In this document: positions 35,716 through 44,353 of the stretch, in pieces
Layout: the number at the start of each line of letters is the position of its first letter
Numbering within the stretch: position 1 is the stretch's first letter
NCBI GenBank assembly: GCA_017454815.1
Contig: JAFTCG010000044.1
Coordinates: forward strand, 2,507-66,506
Length of the DNA stretch: 64,000 bases
Direction: 5' to 3'
DNA from: Clostridia bacterium
GTDB taxonomy: Bacteria; Bacillota; Clostridia; Oscillospirales; Acutalibacteraceae
Notes under the pieces: model-generated
What the model was told of the DNA's origin: nothing
Seen by the model: only the letters and a program-made list of their open reading frames with translations
Database searches by the model: none
Translations under genes and position numbers: made by a program

Positions 35716-35722
35716 GGTAATG

Positions 35723-36907
35723 TTAAATTTTGAAATAACTTTTAAGCTGCTCAACTTTGTCGGTCTGCTCCCAGCGGACGCCGAGATCTTCCCTTCCGAC
35801 GTGACCGTAGGATGCAAGCTGCCTGTAGATCGGCTTCCTCAGGTCGAGCTGCTTTATGATCGCATAGGGGCGAAGATCGAAAATCTTTTTGACCGCTTCT
35901 TCAAGGCTTGCTTCGTCAACCTTGCCCGTGCCGAAGGTGTCGACTCTGACGGAAACGGGTTTTGCAACGCCGATAGCGTATGCGAGCTGAACTTCGCATT
36001 TTTTTGCAAGCCCTGCGGCAACGATGTTTTTGGCAACGTATCTCGCGGCGTAGGCTGCGCTGCGGTCGACTTTGGTCGGGTCTTTCCCGCTGAAAGCTCC
36101 GCCGCCGTGGCGTGAATATCCGCCGTAAGTGTCGACGATGATCTTCCTGCCGGTCAGGCCGCTGTCGCCCGCGGGGCCGCCGATAACAAATCTTCCGGTC
36201 GGGTTAACGTAGATCACCGTATCGTCGTCGATCAGGTTTTTCGGAACGATCGGGTCGATGACGTATTTTTTGATGTCTTCTCTGATTATTTCAAGCTCAA
36301 CGTCTGCGCTGTGCTGGCTGGAAACGACGATCGTGTCAACTCTCTTGACCTCGTCGCCATCGTATTCGATCGTGACTTGGGTTTTTCCGTCGGCGCGTAG
36401 ATACGGGAGAGTTCCGTCTTCCCTGACTTTTGTAAGCTGTTTTGCGAGCTTGTGCGCCAGCGAAATCGACAGCGGCATAAGCTCGGGCGTTTCGTCGCAC
36501 GCAAAGCCGAACATCATGCCCTGGTCGCCTGCGCCGTTGAGGTCGTTTTCGTCCTCGTCGCCGCCTTTGCGCTCAAAGGAGTTGTCAACTCCGAGAGCGA
36601 TATCCTTCGACTGTTCATCAAGTTTCACAAGAACTTCGCAGGTGTTTGCGTTAAAACCTTTTTCGTCGCTGTCGTAACCGATTTGGCAAACGACGTCTCT
36701 TGCGATTTTTTCGATGTCGACGTCGCAATCGGCAGTGATCTCGCCCATAACGCCGATGAAACCCGTAGTGCAGAAGCATTCGCACGCAACTCTTGCGTTG
36801 GGATCTTTTTTGTAAATCTCATCGAGAACGGCATCCGAGATGTTGTCGCAGATCTTGTCGGGATGTCCGGGAGTGACCGATTCTGATGTAAAAAATCTTC
36901 TTGACAT
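35723..36907 (-). CDS. metK: S-adenosylmethionine synthetase
   Basis: [39 protein letters not shown]. The ATG at 36907 lies 8 nt after the AGGAA RBS; the longest ORF starts at 36916. Confidence 0.95.
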   Translation of the reverse strand: MSRRFFTSESVTPGHPDKICDNISDAVLDEIYKKDPNARVACECFCTTGFIGVMGEITADCDVDIEKIARDVVCQIGYDSDEKGFNANTCEVLVKLDEQSKDIALGVDNSFERKGGDEDENDLNGAGDQGMMFGFACDETPELMPLSISLAHKLAKQLTKVREDGTLPYLRADGKTQVTIEYDGDEVKRVDTIVVSSQHSADVELEIIREDIKKYVIDPIVPKNLIDDDTVIYVNPTGRFVIGGPAGDSGLTGRKIIVDTYGGYSRHGGGAFSGKDPTKVDRSAAYAARYVAKNIVAAGLAKKCEVQLAYAIGVAKPVSVRVDTFGTGKVDEASLEEAVKKIFDLRPYAIIKQLDLRKPIYRQLASYGHVGREDLGVRWEQTDKVEQLKSYFKI

Positions 36908-36956
36908 ATCTTTCATTCCTTTCTTTTAAGCAACCTTTGATCAAACCAAAGCATTT

Positions 36957-37092
36957 GATAAAAAAATACGCCCCAAGGCGACACCTCAGAGCAAAACCTT
37001 ATCTTTCGGTGTGACCGCAGGATTTGGCACCTTGCAAAACCGCAGGTTGCCGGGCTTCACAGGGCCTGTCCCCTCCGCCTCTCTTAATAAGT
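36957..37092 (-). ncRNA. SAM-I (S-box) riboswitch with terminator
   Basis: Reverse strand reads CTTATTAAGAGAGGCGGAGGGGACAGGCCCTGTGAAGCCCGGCAACC...GGTGCCAAATCCTGCGG...GAAAGATAAGG. This is followed by a GC hairpin and T7. Confidence 0.85.
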
Positions 37093-37115
37093 CATATTTT
37101 TTCAGTTGTGGATAT

Positions 37116-37144
37116 ATTATACATACAAATCTTCGCCTTGTCAA
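37116..37144 (-). promoter_or_regulatory. metK promoter
   Basis: Reverse strand reads TTGACA (37139-44), 17 nt, then TATAAT (37116-21). Confidence 0.55.
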
Positions 37145-37236
37145 GGAGAATGTGAATTTTTTGTCATTGTCGGCGGTTGAAAAAACTTCTGCTTTTTGTT
37201 AAAATAACAGCGAAAGAAAAGGGGGGGGGCGAAAAA

Positions 37237-38457
37237 ATGTCCGGAAAAATTCTCGTTGCCGGCGCGGGGCACGGCGGGCTATGCGCGGCGATACACCTTG
37301 CAAAATCAGGCTTAGACGTAACTGTTTTTGAAAAAAGCAGCCGCGAGGGAATGGGCTACGACTGGAGCGATTTCGTCGACGTCAGCACATTTTCGTGCGT
37401 CGGGCTTGACGATCCGCCGTGCGAAAGGGAGCTCTTTTACGCCACAGCGTTTTTCGGTCCCGGAAAAGACGTAAAGCTCGTGAAAAACCACAGCAAAGGC
37501 CGACCCTGCGTTGCGATGGAGCGAAAAGAGATACTCTGCCATCTGCTGGACGAGGCGGAGAAGTCGGGCGCAAAACTCATTTTCAATGCGCAGGTCAAAA
37601 ATGCGCTGACGAACGGTGACAGAGTTGTCGGAATCGAAGTTGCCCAAAACGGTAATGAAGAAAAATTTTACGGCGATCTTGTCATCGACGCCGCCGGAGT
37701 CTACTCCCCTGTTCGCAGAAGCCTGCCGGAAAAATTCGGGATTCAGCGAGATTTTGAGGACTTTGAAATTTATACCGGCTACCGTGCGCTGTTCCAGAGA
37801 AAAAGCAACTACGGCTCCTCTCCGCGTTATTCGATTTACTTCTATCACTGCAACAGAAAGGGCATGGATTGGGTCATCACCGATAACGATTATGTTGACG
37901 TGCTTGTGGGCAACTTCGGCGAGCTTTCCCAGAAAGATATTGACGAAGCGATAGACGATTTCAGGAAAGATTACGACTGTTTGTCCGATAAGATCGTCCG
38001 CGGAGGAACGATCTGCAAGATCCCTGTCAGAAAGGCGCTCGACAAATTCGTGTGCAGCGGTTATGCCGCCGTCGGCGACAGCGCGGCGATGACCGAGCCT
38101 CTCTGCGGATCGGGGATGACGATAAGCATGAGAGCGGGCAAGATGCTTGCAGACGCACTGGCAGAAACAAGCAACATTTCCGACTTTGACAAAGCTCTCG
38201 AAAAATATGAAAAAGAATATTTCGCGCGAATCGGAAAAAGCCGACTTTTCGACGACGCGAGCAAAAACTTTCTCCTGTCCGTCGGGGCAGAAAAGTTTGA
38301 CAAGATGATAAAGCGAAAGATTCTGACAGAAAAGGATTTCGGCGGCGGGAAATATACTTTTAAAGAAACGCTCCGCCGTGTTTGGGGATTTGTGCGCACC
38401 CCAAGCATTTTGCCCGATGCAATACGGTTTTTGATCGACGTTAAAAAAGCAAAATGA
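37237..38457 (+). CDS. NAD(P)/FAD-dependent oxidoreductase (geranylgeranyl-reductase-like family)
   Basis: N-terminal dinucleotide fold VAGAGHGGLCAAIHLAKSGLDVTVFEK and a GD motif (VGDSAAM). The RBS is a G9 tract. Confidence 0.7.
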   Translation: MSGKILVAGAGHGGLCAAIHLAKSGLDVTVFEKSSREGMGYDWSDFVDVSTFSCVGLDDPPCERELFYATAFFGPGKDVKLVKNHSKGRPCVAMERKEILCHLLDEAEKSGAKLIFNAQVKNALTNGDRVVGIEVAQNGNEEKFYGDLVIDAAGVYSPVRRSLPEKFGIQRDFEDFEIYTGYRALFQRKSNYGSSPRYSIYFYHCNRKGMDWVITDNDYVDVLVGNFGELSQKDIDEAIDDFRKDYDCLSDKIVRGGTICKIPVRKALDKFVCSGYAAVGDSAAMTEPLCGSGMTISMRAGKMLADALAETSNISDFDKALEKYEKEYFARIGKSRLFDDASKNFLLSVGAEKFDKMIKRKILTEKDFGGGKYTFKETLRRVWGFVRTPSILPDAIRFLIDVKKAK

Positions 38458-38516
38458 GCAAACCGTTCAAAAAAGGCTACTGCAAAAAAGGAGCCTTTTT
38501 CTGTGTTTTGGTTGTT

Positions 38517-39872
38517 TTAATATGCCCTTGACGTCACTTTTCCGTTAACGACGTGCCACCAACCGTATTCGTTTTCTGCAAGGCCGTTGTACGTGAAGTC
38601 GATCGTTCCGTCTTTGACGTACCACCAGCCGTAGGCATTTTTTGCAAGTCCTTCAAAATAGTTGTCCTCATATCCGTCTTCAAGATAGACCCATCCGTCA
38701 TCCATATACACCAATCCGGTATAAGGACAGTAGAACCGTCCGTCTTCAACGTACCACCAGCAGTAATTGATCATTGCAAGTCCTGTAAAAGTTTTGTCGA
38801 GTTTTCCGTTTTTAAAAAGCCATGCGCCGTAATCGTTGTAAGCCATACCGGAAAAAGAATAGTCAATTTCCCCATCGTAAAAATACCACCAGCCATGCTG
38901 ATTTTTTGCCGTTCCAATATAGCAATAATCGACCTGACCGTTTTCAACGTATCTCCAGATGCCGTTTTCCTTCACCATTCCCGTATATTTGCCCTGGATC
39001 TTGCCGTTTTTGAAATACCACCAGCCGTATTCGTTCTCGGCAGTGCCTGTATACTTCGGATTCAACTTTCCTTTTGTGAAATAAAACCAGCCAAAGTCAT
39101 TGCGAGCCATGCCGTTAAAGTTGTAGTCAATTCCTCCGTTCCTGACATACCACCAGCCGTGCTGATTCTTGGCAGGGCCTTCAAACCAGTCGTTGTTTTT
39201 TCCATCGGTTATATAAACCCATGAGCCGTTGTTTTTTACAAGTCCGTAACTGTTGTAATGAATTTTTGTTTTTTTGGTGTTGATCCCCAGATTTGAAGTC
39301 CCACCGAGGTTGCTCAAAAATTTGCTGTCTCCCTGGAAATAAATGTCGGTAAGTTTGCCGCAGTTGTAGAAGGCATTTTTACCAACGCTTTTAACGGAAA
39401 GCGGAATGTTTACGCATTTGAGGCTGCTGCTGTTTGCGAATGCATAGGAGCCGATGTTTTCTGTTCCGAATTTGATCTTCAGCGTTTCAAATCCCGATGT
39501 ATCGCGAAACGCCGATTCCCCGATCGTCTTTACCGTGCCGGATATATGAACGTTCTCCAAATAAACCGACTTGAAGGCAGACGCACTGATTTTTGTGATG
39601 TCGGAATAAATGTACACATGATGATAACCGCAATAACCTTCAGGAAAGTCTATGCCGCGAGGACATTTCCAGCCGTCGTACATGTCGCCGCTTCCGTAAA
39701 TTTCAATTATTGCGCCTTCACCGTAATTGTCTATGCTCGATTCGTATTTTGCCTTTCTTCCGCAACTGCCGTTTTCCAAAACCGAGTACGCAGAAGATGC
39801 ATTTAACGCCATCGGTGCGATAACGATTATTATTGTCAGCATCGCAGCAACGAATTTTCCAAATTTCTTCAT
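38517..39872 (-). CDS. Secreted surface protein: BspA-type leucine-rich repeats plus 11 cell-wall-binding-type repeats
   Basis: Signal peptide MKKFGKFVAAMLTIIIVIAPMALNA. LRR_5-like segments (IGESAF..., IGSYAFANSSSLKCVNIP, VGKNAFYNCGKL). These are followed by GWWYxxNGxxD repeats. Confidence 0.8.
   Translation of the reverse strand: MKKFGKFVAAMLTIIIVIAPMALNASSAYSVLENGSCGRKAKYESSIDNYGEGAIIEIYGSGDMYDGWKCPRGIDFPEGYCGYHHVYIYSDITKISASAFKSVYLENVHISGTVKTIGESAFRDTSGFETLKIKFGTENIGSYAFANSSSLKCVNIPLSVKSVGKNAFYNCGKLTDIYFQGDSKFLSNLGGTSNLGINTKKTKIHYNSYGLVKNNGSWVYITDGKNNDWFEGPAKNQHGWWYVRNGGIDYNFNGMARNDFGWFYFTKGKLNPKYTGTAENEYGWWYFKNGKIQGKYTGMVKENGIWRYVENGQVDYCYIGTAKNQHGWWYFYDGEIDYSFSGMAYNDYGAWLFKNGKLDKTFTGLAMINYCWWYVEDGRFYCPYTGLVYMDDGWVYLEDGYEDNYFEGLAKNAYGWWYVKDGTIDFTYNGLAENEYGWWHVVNGKVTSRAY
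38532..39248 (-). repeat. Eleven tandem ~66-bp (22-aa) coding repeats
   Basis: G(W/I/A)W(Y/L/H)(V/F) cores at residues 216, 239, 261, 283, 304, 327, 349, 371, 393, 415 and 437. Confidence 0.75.
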
Positions 39873-39944
39873 TATTACTTTCCTCCTTTTTCTTGGGAAA
39901 TGCCTCTAAAATATAGTATAATATGTTTTCGCCCGTTCGTCAAC

Positions 39945-39980
39945 AAAAACAGCCGGATTTTCGTCCGACTGTTTTTGTTT
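39945..39980. terminator. Bidirectional terminator downstream of argG
   Basis: Stem ACAGCCGGA / TCCGACTGT with one mismatch, flanked by an A5 and a T5 run. Confidence 0.6.
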
Positions 39981-39995
39981 TGCATTTAGTTTTGA

Positions 39996-41234
39996 TTATT
40001 TGCCCTGTTTGTTTTCCCTTTCGCGGTCAAGTAAAGCCTTGACTTTGATGGGAAGTCCGTAGAGGTTGATGAATCCTGCGGAATCGCTCTGGTCATAAAC
40101 GTCATCGGCGTCAAACGTTGCAAAATCTTCGCTGTAGAGCGAATACGGAGAAGTCGTGCCGGCGTTGATGATGTTGCCCTTATAGAGCTTGAATTTTACG
40201 TCGCCGGTAACGGTCTCCTGCGTTTTGTCAACAAAAGCCTGGAGAGCTTCACGCAGCGGTGTAAACCATTTTCCGAAATAAACAAGATCGGCGTACTGCT
40301 GGGCGATGAGAGCCTTATAGTGCTGTGTATCTCTGTCAAGGCAGATCGTTTCGAGCACCTGATGCGCTCTGAAAAGGATCGTTCCGCCGGGAGTTTCGTA
40401 GACGCCTCTCGATTTCATGCCGACAAGTCTGTTTTCAACAAGGTCGCAAAGGCCGATGCCGTTTCTGCCGCCGACTTCGTTGAGCTTTTCAACGATCTGC
40501 GTCGGGTTCATCTTAACGCCGTCGATCGCAACGGCTTCGCCTTTTTCAAAGGAGATCGTGATATATTCGGGCTTATCGGGTGCCATTTCGGGAGAAACGC
40601 TCATCTCGAGGAATCCGGGCTTATTGTAAGTCGGCTCGTTCGAGGGATCTTCAAGGTCAAGACCCTCGTGAGAAAGGTGCCAGATGTTTTTATCCTTGGA
40701 ATAGTTCGTTTCCCTGTTGATTTTGAGCGGAATGCCCTTCTTCTCGGCATATTCGATCTCTTCTTCCCTGGACTTGAACTCCCAAGTCCTCCAAGGAGCG
40801 ATGATCTGCATGTCGGGAGCGAAAGCCTTTATCGCAAGCTCAAAACGCACCTGGTCGTTACCCTTGCCCGTACAGCCGTGGCAGATCGCGTCTGCGCCTT
40901 CGGCTTTGGCGATCTCAACGATCCTCTTCGCGATCAGCGGACGTGCAAAAGACGTGCCCAGGAGATATTCGCCCTCGTAGATCGCGCCCGCCTTGACGGT
41001 GGGATAAATATAATCTTTGATGAATTCATCGGTCAGATGCTCGATGTAGAGCTTCGACGCGCCCGTTTTGATCGCCTTTTCCTCGAGGCCGTCGAGCTCA
41101 GCGCCCTGTCCGACGTCGCCGGATACGGCGATAACTTCGCAGTTGTTGTAGTTTTCCTTCAGCCACGGGATAATGATCGACGTGTCCAATCCTCCTGAAT
41201 AAGCGAGAACAACTTTTTTGATTTCTTTCTTCAT
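39996..41234 (-). CDS. argG: Argininosuccinate synthase
   Basis: [22 protein letters not shown]. 412 aa. Confidence 0.95.
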   Translation of the reverse strand: MKKEIKKVVLAYSGGLDTSIIIPWLKENYNNCEVIAVSGDVGQGAELDGLEEKAIKTGASKLYIEHLTDEFIKDYIYPTVKAGAIYEGEYLLGTSFARPLIAKRIVEIAKAEGADAICHGCTGKGNDQVRFELAIKAFAPDMQIIAPWRTWEFKSREEEIEYAEKKGIPLKINRETNYSKDKNIWHLSHEGLDLEDPSNEPTYNKPGFLEMSVSPEMAPDKPEYITISFEKGEAVAIDGVKMNPTQIVEKLNEVGGRNGIGLCDLVENRLVGMKSRGVYETPGGTILFRAHQVLETICLDRDTQHYKALIAQQYADLVYFGKWFTPLREALQAFVDKTQETVTGDVKFKLYKGNIINAGTTSPYSLYSEDFATFDADDVYDQSDSAGFINLYGLPIKVKALLDRERENKQGK

Positions 41235-41290
41235 TTTTCTGCCTCCGTGTATAGTTTTCGTTGATAAACGTCTGCCCTTTGATCTTTAGG

Positions 41291-41344
41291 GTGAATAATT
41301 ATTTTTGATATTCATCATTATACTACTTTTATACACGATTTCAA
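41291..41344 (-). promoter_or_regulatory. argG promoter with a possible ArgR/AhrC operator
   Basis: Reverse strand reads TTGAAA (41339-44), 16 nt, then TATAAT (41317-22). Immediately after comes ATGAATATCAAAAATAATTATTCA, which contains TGAAT...ATTCA half-sites resembling ARG boxes. The spacing does not fit the 18-bp consensus exactly. Confidence 0.35.
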
Positions 41345-41440
41345 GCTTTTTTGAAAGTTTTCTTGTAAGTTTATTAAAATTTGACATTTGGATAAAAAAA
41401 TAATAAAATATTTGTACAATTTGTGCCTTGTTGCAATGTA

Positions 41441-41469
41441 TTGAAAATCTTTCGCCCATACATTATAAT
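41441..41469 (+). promoter_or_regulatory. Promoter of the vanY-like-mnmG-rsmG unit
   Basis: TTGAAA (41441-46), 17 nt, then TATAAT (41464-69). Followed by the direct repeat TAGTACAG x2. Confidence 0.5.
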
Positions 41470-41546
41470 AGTACAGATAGTACAGTCGATACGATTTATC
41501 TTTTTATTACACGGTTGGCTTGCAAAATTTTTCGGGAGGTGTGCGC

Positions 41547-42470
41547 GTGACTCTGAAAAAACTGCTGAAACCAAAATCGCTGCGTGATCTGCTTTTCAGG
41601 ATCTACGTCGGGATCATTGCTTTTTCGCTCATAGGTCTGATCATTGCTCTCGCATTCCCGAGAAAAGACGCACCCAAAACTCCCGAAGACACCAAGGCTG
41701 TCGATAAAGCAACTTATTGGTCGGACGAAAACGGCACCGTCGCCCAAGACGTCCGCTACCTCACCGACACCCATGAATTTAACTTTGATTTTTCGGACGA
41801 GTATTCCGAATACGGAATCTCCCCTGCCCCCGCAAAGCTCAGCAAAAACGGCTGGAATCTCCTGCTTCTGAACAAGAAATACATCCTCCCGACAAATTAT
41901 GAGATGGATCTGCAGTTTTTGACGGGAACTTCCGTCAGACTTGAGAGCGTTGCGGCAAAGGCTTTCGATTCAATGTACATCGATGCGCTGAAATCCGGGC
42001 TTACCCTCACCGCCTTTTCCGGCTACCGTAATTTTGAAAGCCAGCGCAGACTTTTTGAAGATAAGATATATACGCTCGAGGTCGAAGCGGCGCAGCAGTA
42101 TGCAAACGGCGGTTATTATGACGCGCAGGGAAACTATGTTGAGCCCGTCAAAACCGAAAAGAAAACTATCGTCAACAACGCAGCAAAGTCGGTTTGTCCC
42201 CCCGGTTGCAGCGACCACAACGCCGGGCTTGCTGTTGACATCGTTTCACAAAGCGATGATTTTTCCAAATCGGAAGAATACAAATGGCTTACGGAAAACG
42301 CTCACACTTTCGGCTTCGTTCTCCGCTATCCCGCAGGAAAAGAAAAAATCACGGGTATGGATTTTCAGCCGTACTGCTGGCGATTTGTCGGCGTTAACGC
42401 CGCAAAAGAGATGAAAGAAAAAAACCTCTGCCTTGAAGAATACGTTGGCGGCTATCTGGATCGAGGATAA
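41547..42470 (+). CDS. M15B (VanY-type) D-alanyl-D-alanine carboxypeptidase homologue with a variant C-terminal metal/catalytic motif
   Basis: N-terminal TM anchor. SxHxxGxAxD is present (CSDHNAGLAVD). The ExxH position reads QPYC. GTG start at 41547 lies 7 nt after GGGAGG. Confidence 0.75.
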   Translation: MTLKKLLKPKSLRDLLFRIYVGIIAFSLIGLIIALAFPRKDAPKTPEDTKAVDKATYWSDENGTVAQDVRYLTDTHEFNFDFSDEYSEYGISPAPAKLSKNGWNLLLLNKKYILPTNYEMDLQFLTGTSVRLESVAAKAFDSMYIDALKSGLTLTAFSGYRNFESQRRLFEDKIYTLEVEAAQQYANGGYYDAQGNYVEPVKTEKKTIVNNAAKSVCPPGCSDHNAGLAVDIVSQSDDFSKSEEYKWLTENAHTFGFVLRYPAGKEKITGMDFQPYCWRFVGVNAAKEMKEKNLCLEEYVGGYLDRG

Positions 42471-42472
42471 AC

Positions 42473-44353
42473 ATGAAATATTTTGCAAAACATTATGACG
42501 TTGCCGTTATCGGCGCAGGTCACGCAGGCATCGAAGCAGGTCTTGCCGCGGCAAGGCTTGGTTGTGACACCTGCGTTTTTACCATTTCGCTCGACTGGGT
42601 CGGCAATATGCCCTGCAATCCGTCCATCGGCGGCACTTCAAAGGGCCATTTCGTCCGAGAGATCGACGCTCTCGGCGGCGAAATGGGCAAGGCAGCAGAC
42701 CTCAACACCCTGCAAAACCGTATGCTCAACCTCGGCAAAGGCCCTGCCGTCCACAGCCTCAGGGCTCAGATCGACAGACGTTGCTACTCACAATATATGA
42801 AGCACGCTCTCGAAAAGCAAGAAAACCTCGATCTGCGTCAGGCAGAAATAGTCGATTTGAAAAAAGACGGCGAAAACTGGCTGCTCACGACCCACCTTGA
42901 AGCCGAATACACCGCAAAATGTGTTATTCTCGCCACGGGAACTTTCCTCGGCGGAAAAATCTACGTCGGCGACGTTTCTTTTGAAAGCGGGCCGGACGGG
43001 ATGTTCCCCGCCAACAAGCTCTCCGTCGCCCTTCGCGAGCTCGGCATTCAGACAAGACGATTCAAAACCGGCACTCCCTCGAGGATCAACCGCAGGAGTG
43101 TTGATTTTTCCAAACTGGAAATTCAACTCGGCGACGAGAGGACTACTCCTTTCTCTTTTGACGCGAAATCACCAGTACAGAACACCGAGCCATGCTACGT
43201 CACCTACACGACTCCCGAAACAAAGCAGATCATCCTTGACAACATCCACCGTTCTCCCCTTTACGGCGGAAAAATCGATGGTGTGGGGCCGCGTTACTGC
43301 CCGAGCATCGAGGACAAGATCGTCCGCTTTGCCGAAAAAGAACGCCACCAGATTTTTGTCGAGCCGTGCGGAAGCTCCGAAAACACGGAGGAAATGTATC
43401 TCCAGGGTCTTTCCTCTTCCCTGCCCGAAGACGTTCAGCTTAAATTCATCCACTCCATCCCCGGTCTTGAAAACGCTCACGTCATGAGAACAGCTTATGC
43501 CATCGAATACGATTGCATCGACCCATTGTCGCTGCGCTCCAGCCTTGAGTTCATGGGCTTCGACGGACTTTTCGGCGCAGGACAGTTCAACGGCTCCAGC
43601 GGATACGAGGAAGCTGCGGCGCAGGGTCTCGTCGCAGGAATTAACGCCGCAAGAAAATGCCGTGGCGAGTCCCCTTTCATCCTCGACCGCGCAAGTTCCT
43701 ACATCGGCACGCTCATCGACGACCTCGTTACAAAAGGTTGTTCCGATCCGTACAGGATGATGACTTCCCGCTCTGAATACAGGCTATTGTTGCGCCAGGA
43801 CAACGCAGATTTGCGTCTGACTCCCCTCGGACACGAAATCGGGCTCATCAGCGACGAAAGATATGCAAAACTGCTTGAAAAAGAACGCCTTATCGCCGAG
43901 GAAACAAAGAGGATCTCCTGCGTTGTGATCCCCCCGTCGGACGAGATCAACGAAATGCTTGTTTCACGTGGAACAACACCGATGAACACAGGTTTAAAGC
44001 TGATCGACCTGATAAAGCGCCCTCAGCTGAGTTACGAAGACCTTGAGCCGTTCGACAGAACAAGACCCGATCTGCCCTATGAAATATTTGAGCAGGCTCA
44101 GATCAACGCCAAATATGACGGATACGTCAAGCGCCAGCTCGCCCAGGTCGCCGAAATGCGCAGGATAGAGTGCAAAAAGCTTGATTTTATAAAAGATTAT
44201 TCTGAAATCAAGGGCTTAAGGCTTGAAGCTCAGGAAAAACTCAACAAAGTTCACCCCGAAAACCTCGGACAGGCTTCAAGGATCTCCGGCGTGAGCCCGG
44301 CGGATATTTCTGTTCTGATAATCTATCTTTCTAAAACGGAGAGCGAAAAATGA
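42473..44353 (+). CDS. mnmG: tRNA uridine-5-carboxymethylaminomethyl modification enzyme MnmG (GidA)
   Basis: YDVAVIGAGHAGIEA, GTPSRI, GQFNGSSGYEEAAAQG. 626 aa. Confidence 0.95.
   Translation: MKYFAKHYDVAVIGAGHAGIEAGLAAARLGCDTCVFTISLDWVGNMPCNPSIGGTSKGHFVREIDALGGEMGKAADLNTLQNRMLNLGKGPAVHSLRAQIDRRCYSQYMKHALEKQENLDLRQAEIVDLKKDGENWLLTTHLEAEYTAKCVILATGTFLGGKIYVGDVSFESGPDGMFPANKLSVALRELGIQTRRFKTGTPSRINRRSVDFSKLEIQLGDERTTPFSFDAKSPVQNTEPCYVTYTTPETKQIILDNIHRSPLYGGKIDGVGPRYCPSIEDKIVRFAEKERHQIFVEPCGSSENTEEMYLQGLSSSLPEDVQLKFIHSIPGLENAHVMRTAYAIEYDCIDPLSLRSSLEFMGFDGLFGAGQFNGSSGYEEAAAQGLVAGINAARKCRGESPFILDRASSYIGTLIDDLVTKGCSDPYRMMTSRSEYRLLLRQDNADLRLTPLGHEIGLISDERYAKLLEKERLIAEETKRISCVVIPPSDEINEMLVSRGTTPMNTGLKLIDLIKRPQLSYEDLEPFDRTRPDLPYEIFEQAQINAKYDGYVKRQLAQVAEMRRIECKKLDFIKDYSEIKGLRLEAQEKLNKVHPENLGQASRISGVSPADISVLIIYLSKTESEK
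43960..43975. promoter_or_regulatory. parS site (perfect consensus) inside mnmG
   Basis: TGTTTCACGTGGAACA, whose reverse complement TGTTCCACGTGAAACA matches tGTTNCACGTGAAACa at all defined positions. Confidence 0.8.

Noticed and set aside
38532-39248. Periodic ~66-bp DNA repeats, which were considered as a possible CRISPR array or tandem repeat.
   Set aside because: The periodicity is in-frame inside a long ORF and corresponds to 22-aa protein repeats. There are no conserved direct repeats alternating with unique spacers, and no cas genes are present.
41291-41316. A strong call of an ArgR/AhrC operator at the argG promoter.
   Set aside because: TGAAT/ATTCA half-sites are present, but their spacing does not fit the 18-bp ARG-box consensus. 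It is kept only as a low-confidence feature.
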